Shown here: positions 21,979 to 29,421 of the stretch, in pieces
Position numbering within the stretch: the first letter of the stretch is position 1
How the letters are laid out: the number at the start of each line of letters is the position of its first letter
DNA from: an uncultured Actinomycetes bacterium
Lineage (GTDB): Bacteria; Actinomycetota; UBA4738; HRBIN12
Assembly (NCBI GenBank): GCA_963704885.1
Contig: CAVPIB010000007.1
Location: 64,001-128,000 of the forward strand
Reading direction: 5' to 3'
DNA length: 64,000 nt
Notes under the pieces: model-generated
Databases searched by the model: none
What the model was told of the DNA's origin: nothing
The model's input: only the letters and a program-made list of their open reading frames with translations
Made by a program: the position numbers and the translations under genes

Positions 21979-23519
21979 GCGACGAACCCAGGACCGGGCG
22001 AAGGACCGGCGGCCGCGCCGGGAGGCAGGCCGCCCGGCTGGCCGCGGCGCCGGAGCGTGTGCCGTTCATCACCCGGACCCTGCCGCCGTTCGAGGTGCTT
22101 GCCACCGAAGGGCTCGAGCTGATCGAGAACAACGCCGACACGATCTTGGAGCAGGTGGGGATCGACTTCCGCGGCGCACCCGACGCCTTGAAGCTGCTGA
22201 AGGAGGCCGGAGCCGACGTCGACGGCGAGCGCGTCAGGTTCCCTCGGGGGATGTGTCGCCAGCTGATCCAGGCGACCGCCCCGCCGGTGTTCACGCAGTA
22301 CGCGCGCAACCCCGCCAACAACGTCCAGATCGGCGGCGACGCCACGGTCCTGGCGCCCGCCTACGGCTCTCCGTTCGTCCGCGATCTAGACGGTGGACGC
22401 CGGTACGGCACGATCGAAGACTTCCGCAACTTCGTGAAGCTCGCGTACTCGACGCCGTACCTCCATCACTCCGGCGGGACGGTCTGCGAGCCGGTCGACC
22501 TGCCGGTGAACAAGCGGCACTACGACATGGTCTACGCGCACATGCGGTATTCGGACAAGCCGTTCATGGGCTCGGTGACGCATCCGCAGCGCGCCCAGGA
22601 CACGGTGGATATGGCCCGGATCCTCTTCGGTGAGGACTACCTGGAGGACCACACCGTTGTCATGAGCCTGATCAACGCGAACTCGCCACTCGTATGGGAC
22701 TCGACCATGCTGGGCGCCGCGCGCGCGTACGCGCAGGCGAACCAGGCTGTGATCATGACTCCGTTCATCCTGGCCGGGGCTATGAGCCCGGCCACGGTGG
22801 CAGGCGCCGCGGCGCAGACGCTCGCCGAGTCCATGGCCGGCATGACGTACGTGCAACTCGTCCGCCCCGGGGCGCCGGTGGTGTTCGGGTCGTTCGCGTC
22901 GTCGATGTCCATGCAGTCGGGCGCGCCGACGTTCGGCACGCCCGAGCCCGCGCTGGTGCTCTACATCCTGGCGGCGTGCGCACGGAGGCTGAACGTGCCG
23001 TTCCGCAGCGGCGGCTCCCTGTGCGGATCCAAGATCCCGGACGCACAGGCGGCGTACGAGTCGGCGAACACGCTGCAGCCAACCATCCTGGGCGGCGCGA
23101 ACTTCGTGCTGCACGCGGCGGGCTGGCTGGAAGGCGGGCTGACCATGGGTTACGAGAAGTTCGTGATGGACCTGGATCAGTGCGGCATGATGCATGCGTT
23201 CGCGAAGGGAGTGGACCTGTCGCCCAACGGCCAGGCGCTGGACGCCATCATCGAGAACGGACCCGGCCAGCATTTCCTGGGGACGGCTCACACCTTGGCC
23301 AACTTCGAGACAGCGTTCTACCGGTCGTCGATCGCCGACAACAACAGCTACGAGCAGTGGGAGGACGACGGCTCGCTCGACGCGACTCACAGATCCGATG
23401 CCATCTGGAAGAAGATGTTGGCCGACTACGAGCCACCGCCGATAGATGAAGCGGTGGATGCAGAGCTACGAGACTGGATCGAGCGGCAGAAGGCCTCCTT
23501 CCCCGACTCGAACGTGTAA
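21975..23519 (+). CDS. Trimethylamine methyltransferase (MttB) superfamily, non-pyrrolysine; possible glycine betaine:corrinoid methyltransferase
   Basis: RR.GT.EDF, NANSPL, PFILAGAMSP.T.AG, GAPTFGTPE, SKIPDAQAAYES, HAAGWLEGGL; Leu at the Pyl-equivalent position. Confidence 0.85.
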   Translation: MSDEPRTGRRTGGRAGRQAARLAAAPERVPFITRTLPPFEVLATEGLELIENNADTILEQVGIDFRGAPDALKLLKEAGADVDGERVRFPRGMCRQLIQATAPPVFTQYARNPANNVQIGGDATVLAPAYGSPFVRDLDGGRRYGTIEDFRNFVKLAYSTPYLHHSGGTVCEPVDLPVNKRHYDMVYAHMRYSDKPFMGSVTHPQRAQDTVDMARILFGEDYLEDHTVVMSLINANSPLVWDSTMLGAARAYAQANQAVIMTPFILAGAMSPATVAGAAAQTLAESMAGMTYVQLVRPGAPVVFGSFASSMSMQSGAPTFGTPEPALVLYILAACARRLNVPFRSGGSLCGSKIPDAQAAYESANTLQPTILGGANFVLHAAGWLEGGLTMGYEKFVMDLDQCGMMHAFAKGVDLSPNGQALDAIIENGPGQHFLGTAHTLANFETAFYRSSIADNNSYEQWEDDGSLDATHRSDAIWKKMLADYEPPPIDEAVDAELRDWIERQKASFPDSNV

Positions 23520-23533
23520 CCGGAAGGAACCGA

Positions 23534-24409
23534 GTGGCCCTGACGCTTCGACGACGCAAGCAGCACGAGCCCACCCCAGATGAGCGGGGGGCGCTGGCGG
23601 CACTCGTCGCAGGAGCCAAGCTCGAGGTCATCCCGCTCCTGAACGCGCTCGGAACCTGCGAGGCCCTGCCACCCGGTTCGATGGTGACGGTCACCTCGTC
23701 TCCGAGCCACGGGATCGAGGCGACCGTCGAGCTGGCCGAGAAGCTCGCGACGCTCGGCCACACCGTCATCCCGCATCTGTCCGCGCACATGATCTGGACA
23801 CGCCAGCACCTCGAGGACCTGCTGGAGCGCCTGGCGGAAGGAGGCTTCCGTCGCGTGTTCGTCGTGGGCGGCGACGCCCAGGACCACGGCGACTTCCACG
23901 ACGGCCTGTCGTTGCTCCGCGCCATCGACGAGCTCGGCCGTCCGTTCGACGAGATCGGCGTGCCCTCCTACCCCGAGGGTCACCCCAGGATCTCCGACGA
24001 GCGGCTGCTGGAGGTCCTGCTCGAGAAGCAGCGGTACGCGTCGTACATGACCACGCAGATGAGCTTCAACCCGAGCGCCATCGCCGGGTGGATCGGCCGG
24101 ATGCGCGCCTCCGGGGTGACGCTACCGGTCCACATCGGCCTGCCCGGCGTCGCGGACCTCACCAAGCTCATGACGATCGCGGCTCGGATCGGCGTGGCCG
24201 ACTCGGCCCGCTACCTGAAGAAGAACCGCAACCTGATCGGCCAGGTGATCAAGGGTCGTTTCGGCCCCGACGCGCTGCTGCGGGAGCTGGCCCCGACCCT
24301 CGCGGATCCCGCGGCCGACGTCGCAGCGCTCCACGTCTTCACGTTCAACCAGGTCGAGAGAACCGTGGCCTGGCAGCGCGGCATGCTTGGCTCGCTGAGC
24401 ACGGGCTGA
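23534..24409 (+). CDS. metF: Methylenetetrahydrofolate reductase family protein
   Basis: VTVT, VIPHLSA, FVVGGD, YPEGHP, L.EK, TTQMSF, G.TLPVHIG.PG, LHVFTFNQ. Confidence 0.75.
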   Translation: MALTLRRRKQHEPTPDERGALAALVAGAKLEVIPLLNALGTCEALPPGSMVTVTSSPSHGIEATVELAEKLATLGHTVIPHLSAHMIWTRQHLEDLLERLAEGGFRRVFVVGGDAQDHGDFHDGLSLLRAIDELGRPFDEIGVPSYPEGHPRISDERLLEVLLEKQRYASYMTTQMSFNPSAIAGWIGRMRASGVTLPVHIGLPGVADLTKLMTIAARIGVADSARYLKKNRNLIGQVIKGRFGPDALLRELAPTLADPAADVAALHVFTFNQVERTVAWQRGMLGSLSTG

Positions 24410-24473
24410 GGGCTCGCGCGCACCGGGCCGCACCCCCGTAGGTGCCCAGAGTGAGGCGAGGCGAAGCGTCTCC

Positions 24474-25244
24474 TCAAGGCTTCACGGCGCGGATCGGGTA
24501 CCCGTAGGTTCCGAACTGCCGGGCCTGGTCTTCACCGCCGGCTCCGCCGAACGTGTCAACGATGGGTCCGAACTCCACCTCGGTGAGGCCCGCGCCCTGG
24601 ATCACCGTCACCCACCCTGCGCACGGCAGGGCACCTGCTATTCAGCCGGTCCAAAGATCGATGTCGCTGAGCGCGGACTCAGGGACGGGTTCCTCGACGC
24701 AGATGTCAGCGATCTGGGCGCGACCGCCTGGCTTCAGGACCCGGGCGATCTCCCGGTAGGCGCCGAGCTTGTCCGGGACGAGGTTGATCACCCCGTTCGA
24801 GATAACGACATCTGCCCATCCGTCGTCCACAGGGAGCTTCTCGGCGAAACCGTCGCGGAACTCGACGTTTGGGATCTCAGCCTCTTCGGCACCCTCCCGA
24901 GCCCGCTCGAGCATCTCGGGCGTCATGTCGACGCCGACGACGCGCCCTTCGACGCCGACGGCGTTGGCCGCGACCATGGCGTCCATGCCGGTTCCTGAGC
25001 CGACGTCGACGACGCGCTCCCCGGGCCGGGGCAAGCCCCAATGGAACGGGTTGGCTACGCCGGCGAACGACGCGATCGAGGACTTCGGGAGCCCTTCCAA
25101 CCACTCGTCCAGATAGCCCGCATTAGCCGCTGCGCGGAGACCGGTATGGAAATGGAACGTGGCGTCAGGGTGCTCGACGACCTCCACGTACTTGGTCCGG
25201 ATCTCATCGCGCAGCTTGGCGACGTCCACCGCGATCCCGGCCAT
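24474..25244 (-). CDS. ArsM/AS3MT-fold SAM-dependent methyltransferase, probable selenoprotein (in-frame TGA at 24642-24644)
   Basis: VVDVGSGTG.D, GVDMTPEML, DVVISNGVINL.PDK, RVLKPGG...IAD; reading continues DLWTG-(TGA)-IAGALPCAGWVTVIQGAGLTEVEFGPIVDTFGGAGGEDQARQFGTYGYPIRAVKP* with GC-rich codon usage. Confidence 0.8.
24614..24632 (-). other. Putative bacterial SECIS hairpin
   Basis: mRNA after UGA: AUAGCAGGU GCCCUGC CGUGC GCAGGGU; 7-bp stem, apical loop starts 17 nt after UGA with G at loop position 2. Confidence 0.55.
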
Positions 25245-25256
25245 GGTCTTCACTCC

Positions 25257-25622
25257 TCACGCGAACGCCACGGTCTTGGCGCCCGCCACGACCTCCTCGA
25301 CCACCTTGGCCGCGCCGACGATGATAGACCCCTTGCGCACCTGCTCTTCGCCGATGCCCCTGGGCTTCGCGCAAGCCCCACAGATCCAGACCGTGCCGCC
25401 GTTGTCCACGAACTCCTGGTAGAGGTCGTCCAGGACGGGCAGTCCCGGCTGGGCGATGCCGTCCGTTCCGTCCGTGGTCCCGAGCCAAACGGCCTCGATC
25501 GTGCAGAGGACCACTGCTTCTTGCCCGGCCGTCGCTGCGATGTTTGCTGCCACGAAGGGGAGCGTCGCCCGCTCTGGTTCCTCCTTGCCGTACGTGCAGT
25601 TGAAGATCAGCTTCTCGCTCAT
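25257..25622 (-). CDS. DsrE/DsrF-family protein (putative sulfur carrier)
   Basis: T.G.E.PERATLPFVAAN.A, LCTIEAV.L, GGTVWICGAC...RG, IVGAA. Confidence 0.8.
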   Translation of the reverse strand: MSEKLIFNCTYGKEEPERATLPFVAANIAATAGQEAVVLCTIEAVWLGTTDGTDGIAQPGLPVLDDLYQEFVDNGGTVWICGACAKPRGIGEEQVRKGSIIVGAAKVVEEVVAGAKTVAFA

Positions 25623-25624
25623 CC

Positions 25625-26266
25625 TCACCGTCTCCTTTCCACCGTCATCAGGAGGCGTCCGTCATCGGGCGTCTCTATCGATCGAACCTCATGTCCCATC
25701 ATCCGGGCCAGCGGAGGCAGATCCTCTTTCGCCGCGGGATCACGCGCGGTCACCACGAGCACGTCGCCGACCGGGATCGCTCCGATCCGCCGACGGAACT
25801 CCGTGGCCAGGCCGTCAGCGCACCCGAGGTCGCCCGCGTCGTAGGGATGGGCGCCGCTCGACTCATCTCCAGGCCCCATGACCGGAAGGAAGCCCGAGCA
25901 CAGGAGATCGATCCCTTCTAGGCGCCCGTCCGGCGCGACGTCGGCCACCACATGTTGCTCGATCACCTGCCAACCGTCGGCATCGTGGAGGCTGAACCGG
26001 TACGTGAGCACCAGCCGGTCCGCCACGGTTCCGACGTTCGAGGACTCGAGGCGCAGCTCGTCGACGTCTCCGTACCAGCCGACGAACGCCTCAACCGCTT
26101 CGGCGACTCCCGAGTGAGCTTGCGGTCCTTTGGGCAGGAGCAGTCGGAACCGCACGTCGTCGGCGATCAGCGCGTGGAACCTCACGAAGTCGCGATCCGC
26201 AAGGGCCTTGACGAAAGCCTCCCCAACCTTCTGCATGAGGTCTTCGGAGGTCGTTGCGATGGTCAT
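25625..26266 (-). CDS. NTF2/SnoaL-like domain fused to a TusA/SirA-like sulfurtransferase domain
   Basis: N-half F..ALA.RDF....LIADDVRFR...GRLEGIDLLCSGF; C-half DAGDLGC.DGL..EFRR.I...GDVL.V.ARDPAAKEDLPPLARMMGH. Confidence 0.7.
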   Translation of the reverse strand: MTIATTSEDLMQKVGEAFVKALADRDFVRFHALIADDVRFRLLLPKGPQAHSGVAEAVEAFVGWYGDVDELRLESSNVGTVADRLVLTYRFSLHDADGWQVIEQHVVADVAPDGRLEGIDLLCSGFLPVMGPGDESSGAHPYDAGDLGCADGLATEFRRRIGAIPVGDVLVVTARDPAAKEDLPPLARMMGHEVRSIETPDDGRLLMTVERRR

Positions 26267-26272
26267 GAGGCG

Positions 26273-26317
26273 ACGATAGGCAGAGCGCGCCCGTGCCACA
26301 TGAGGCGTCTACCCCAT
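26273..26317 (-). promoter_or_regulatory. Promoter of the NTF2-TusA operon: inverted repeat ATGGGG-N6-CCTCAT (26300-26317) and -10 TATCGT (26273-26278), probably leaderless
   Basis: The -10 element lies 6 nt before ATG 26266; the palindrome is centred 42.5 nt upstream of that ATG. Confidence 0.5.
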
Positions 26318-26331
26318 CTTTGGGGCGGATA

Positions 26332-27897
26332 TCAGTCGGCTACGGCAGCCACGTCGATCAAGCCATGCCGCATCGCGAAGAGCGCAGCCGCACCGCGGCT
26401 CCTTACGCCGAGTTTGGCGTAGATGTGCTCCTCGTGGTTGCTGACCGTCTTGGCCGAGATGGTCAACTCCTGCGCGATCTGCTTCTGGGTCGATCCGCGA
26501 GATAGCAGTACCAGTACCTCGACCTCGCGGGCGGTGAGCCCGCCCGCATGGCTCGTCTTACGGCGCACCCGATGCCCGGCTGCGTCCAGCACCGCGCGAA
26601 CGGCGTCGCCGTCCAGGCGACCATCGGTCACCTCCGCTGTGAGCACTGTTCGGGCCTCGTCCCGCGGCCACGCGGCGCGATGGGGTCGCGGTTCCAGCAG
26701 CGCGTGGTACACGTCGGCGGCCGCGATCACACGTGCGGTCATCGGGAGGCTGTCGGCCGTTAGGCCCGACGGGTAGCCGGATCCGTCCATCCGCTCATGG
26801 TGCTTCGCCGCGAGCTGCCCTATCGCGGCTAGAGGCGGGGGCTTGGAGAACGTTCGCGCCGTGAGATAGGGATGGGTGCGGATCCGCTCTCGTTCGGCCT
26901 CGGTGAGCGGCCCGACCTTGTCCAAGATCCCGGCCGGAACACCGATGGAACCTACGTCGTGGATGAGCGAGGCTCGACGCACGAGCACGATGTCGTCGTT
27001 AGGCAGACCGACGATGGCGGCCGCGGCCGCCGCAAGATCCGCGACGCCTCGGGAACGTCCGAGCAAGAACGGCGACTTCACGTCCGCGTAGTCGGCGAAG
27101 GCTTCCAACGCTCGATCGAGTTCCTCACCGCTGAGCTCACGCGCCAGCTCGCCGTGCCCGCCGATCAGCGTGTCCCAGCCGTCGAGCTCGTCTATGGAGG
27201 CGAGCAGCTCGTCGGCATGGATGCAGAACCGGTCGACGAGCTCTGGATCGAACTCCGTGCCACGTCGGGAGCGAAGCATCTCGACAGCCGCGTCCACCCC
27301 GCCTATCCGATGTAGGGCCTCAACGTCGTTGGCGATATGGACGATCCGCGCTATGCGGGCGATCTCGCCACCCGCCAACTTGGCCGGATAGCCCTTGCCG
27401 TCCCAGCGTTCGAACGCTTGCTGCAGCGGGTCACGCACTTCGGGACCCAGTCCGAGTCGGAGCGACAGGTCGCCCGAGGTCTCACAGTGGGAGGCCATCG
27501 AGCGCTGGACCTCCTTAGACCCGCCCGCGAGGAACCTGCCGATCATCGTGAACCGCCGGATCGCCGAGCTCCCGCTGGCGACGTGACCGATCATGAAGCG
27601 CATCATCGGCAAACCGGTCATGTCGACGAGGTAGCTGTCGGCCCGCACGGCTGTGTCGTCGCCGAACCACTTGCCCATCTCGTGCGCGTCGGCCACGCAA
27701 CCGACCCACGCGAGGAGCGACACGTAGAAGATCGCGGCCCGCTCGTCGTCGGACAGGCCCTCGAGCTCGGCCATGCGCAGGGCGATAAGCGTCTGCCGGA
27801 TGATGTGCTGCTGCGGTTGACCCAGTCCTAGATCCGTCGCCAGCGACAGCGCCGCCACCAGCTCAGCTAGCCGAACGCCGTCTCCGGCTCCCGTCAT
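26332..27897 (-). CDS. HD-GYP domain / LuxR-HTH transcriptional regulator
   Basis: RLAELVAALSLATDLGLGQP, degenerate first HD, FERWDGKGYP, LIHDVG, HHERMDGSGYP, AAADVYHAL.E.RPHR, C-terminal LTAREVEVL...IA..L.IS.KTV.NH..HIY.KLGV. Confidence 0.88.
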   Translation of the reverse strand: MTGAGDGVRLAELVAALSLATDLGLGQPQQHIIRQTLIALRMAELEGLSDDERAAIFYVSLLAWVGCVADAHEMGKWFGDDTAVRADSYLVDMTGLPMMRFMIGHVASGSSAIRRFTMIGRFLAGGSKEVQRSMASHCETSGDLSLRLGLGPEVRDPLQQAFERWDGKGYPAKLAGGEIARIARIVHIANDVEALHRIGGVDAAVEMLRSRRGTEFDPELVDRFCIHADELLASIDELDGWDTLIGGHGELARELSGEELDRALEAFADYADVKSPFLLGRSRGVADLAAAAAAIVGLPNDDIVLVRRASLIHDVGSIGVPAGILDKVGPLTEAERERIRTHPYLTARTFSKPPPLAAIGQLAAKHHERMDGSGYPSGLTADSLPMTARVIAAADVYHALLEPRPHRAAWPRDEARTVLTAEVTDGRLDGDAVRAVLDAAGHRVRRKTSHAGGLTAREVEVLVLLSRGSTQKQIAQELTISAKTVSNHEEHIYAKLGVRSRGAAALFAMRHGLIDVAAVAD

Positions 27898-27949
27898 CTC
27901 CCCAGGGTACAAGTGCACGCAGCTGGCCTGGGGACCGCCCGACAGCGGG

Positions 27950-28083
27950 TGAGCATCGAGTATCCGTACGGCTTAGGCGAGGTCGTGACCGCCGCCGCCC
28001 AGGGCGGCTTTCGGATCCGGTTCGTCCTACCGATGGCGGGAGGTCATCCTCCGACGATGTTCTCCTTGCGTGCCCAGAAACAA
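27950..28083 (+). pseudogene. Probable C-terminal remnant of a class I SAM methyltransferase
   Basis: SIEYPYGLGEVVTAAAQGGFRI...LP..GGHPPTMFSLRAQK resembles methyltransferase C-termini; no N-terminus or SAM motif I. Confidence 0.3.
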
Positions 28084-28350
28084 GGGCGCCACTCGGTGAC
28101 CGCCTCTTCGCCCCCAGGGGCGCGGCCCGCGGTGCTCGATCGTTGGTGCTGACCACTCCTCCTGGGACGGCGTCGCCATGGCCCACATAGGCTTCTCCTA
28201 CCGGCGCGACCGGCCCAACTAGCTCGAAACAGCCCCGGGCCCAGTGCGATCTATCCACCGGGGTCCGAAGGGGTCAACGCCGGAACACATCATGTCGGTC
28301 CCGTGCGCTACGCTTCGCTGAGCTCCTCCCCCCATGCACGAGGAGACACG

Positions 28351-28695
28351 ATGTCAGCGGAGCTGGTCCAAACGCTCGTGAACGCCATCTTGCTGATCGG
28401 CGTGACGCTCATCGCGGGATCCATCGGCCTCAAGCGGTTCGAAGCGATCGACCGACGATTCGAAGTCATCGATCGCCGGTTCGAGGTCATCGACGCGCGG
28501 TTCGAGTCCTTGGAGCGTTCGCTTACCGCCTCGATCACGGGAGCGATCGATGGCCTGCGCAGCGAGCTGAAGCACGACATCGCGCTCGTAGACGCTCATG
28601 TGGGAGAGGTTCGAACAGAGGTGGCGCAGACGCGATCCGACCTCACCTACGTGGCCTTGGCGGTAGGGGCGCGACGAGCCGAAGGCTCGAACTAG
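28351..28695 (+). CDS. Small membrane-anchored coiled-coil protein with heptad repeats
   Basis: RBS GAGGAG, N-terminal hydrophobic helix, RFEAIDR RFEVIDR RFEVIDA RFESLER. Confidence 0.6.
   Translation: MSAELVQTLVNAILLIGVTLIAGSIGLKRFEAIDRRFEVIDRRFEVIDARFESLERSLTASITGAIDGLRSELKHDIALVDAHVGEVRTEVAQTRSDLTYVALAVGARRAEGSN
28435..28518 (+). repeat. Four degenerate 21-bp tandem repeats within the coding sequence
   Basis: cggttcgaagcgatcgaccga / cgattcgaagtcatcgatcgc / cggttcgaggtcatcgacgcg / cggttcgagtccttggagcgt. Confidence 0.75.
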
Positions 28696-28748
28696 CTTCT
28701 CCTGGGCGTGACGAAGCTCACAGACACCCGTTCATCGAACCTCTAGAG

Positions 28749-28764
28749 TCGAACACATGTTCGA
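28749..28764. promoter_or_regulatory. LexA SOS box
   Basis: TCGAAC-ACAT-GTTCGA, exact actinobacterial consensus, 33 nt upstream of ATG 28798. Confidence 0.8.
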
Positions 28765-28797
28765 TACACCAACTCAGCATCCGGCCGGAGCGATCGC

Positions 28798-28945
28798 ATG
28801 AGCGAGCTCCGGTCGGCGGTCGAGTCGTTGCGTGGCGAGACGCTCGCCGAGCTTCCCGACGCGCGGATCGAGGACGACTTCGCCGAGATCCGGCGCATCG
28901 TCGACCAGCTCGAGCTGGAAGCGCTCCGACGTCTCGGTGAGAAAC
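28798..28945 (+). pseudogene. N-terminal fragment of a DUF222/HNH (13E12-like) gene
   Basis: MSELRSAVESLRGETLAELPDARIEDDFAEIRRIVDQLELEALRRLGE, after which coding quality is lost; SOS box upstream. Confidence 0.5.
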
Positions 28946-29065
28946 GTTCGATGACGAGACGGTATACGAGCTCGATAGCCTTCCGCTCGCGGAGCACAGG
29001 CGGCCGTGATGACTCGATCGAACTCCGCGGAGACAAGCCTGTCCCCCAAGAGACCGACTGGCGGT

Positions 29066-29080
29066 GTACATCCGATGTAC
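29066..29080. promoter_or_regulatory. Putative TA operator GTACATC-C-GATGTAC
   Basis: Perfect 7-bp inverted repeat about 32 nt upstream of the antitoxin start. Confidence 0.55.
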
Positions 29081-29112
29081 GTACTTTGTTCAAGGGAAGG
29101 AGGTCGATCTAG

Positions 29113-29421
29113 ATGGCAGCGGCGAACGCGCGAGACTTGAAAAAGGCACGCCTGAATCTGCGTCTGTCAGCTCGCGAGAAGGCGGACTTGGAGGAAGCTG
29201 CGAGATCGCGAGCAGAGTCCGTGTCCTCCTTCGTCAAAGGCGCGGCCAACGCCGAGGCGCAGAAAGTGCTGTCTGAGCGGGTCTTGTTCGCGATCGACGC
29301 GAAGCGATGGGAGCTCTTCAATCAGGCTCTAGATCGTCCTGTCGTAGACAAGCCCCGTCTGCGCGCGCTCCTTGAGTCGCCCTCCATCTTCGAGACCGCT
29401 ATCGGTTCCGAAGAGGTGTGA
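29113..29421 (+). CDS. DUF1778 (TacA/AtaR-like) RHH antitoxin
   Basis: K.ARLNLRLS..EK..LEEAA....SVSSFV..AA..EA..VL.ER..F......WE.F..ALDRP....PRL..LL. Confidence 0.85.
   Translation: MAAANARDLKKARLNLRLSAREKADLEEAARSRAESVSSFVKGAANAEAQKVLSERVLFAIDAKRWELFNQALDRPVVDKPRLRALLESPSIFETAIGSEEV

Noticed and set aside
19940-23519. Long 897-aa and 734-aa ORFs suggesting a RamA-MttB fusion
   Set aside because: Frameshift chimeras; MttB has its own RBS (AAGGAG) and an ATG at 21975 overlapping the RamA stop
21975-23519. Pyrrolysine in MttB
   Set aside because: No in-frame TAG; Leu occupies the Pyl position (GGSLCGSKIPD)
24474-25244. Calling the gene arsM or a pseudogene
   Set aside because: Two canonical As-binding Cys motifs are substituted and there are no ars genes nearby; the stop falls exactly on a conserved Cys with an intact extension and hairpin, which favours Sec over decay
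28435-28518. CRISPR-like repeats
   Set aside because: Contiguous coding repeats with no spacers and no cas genes
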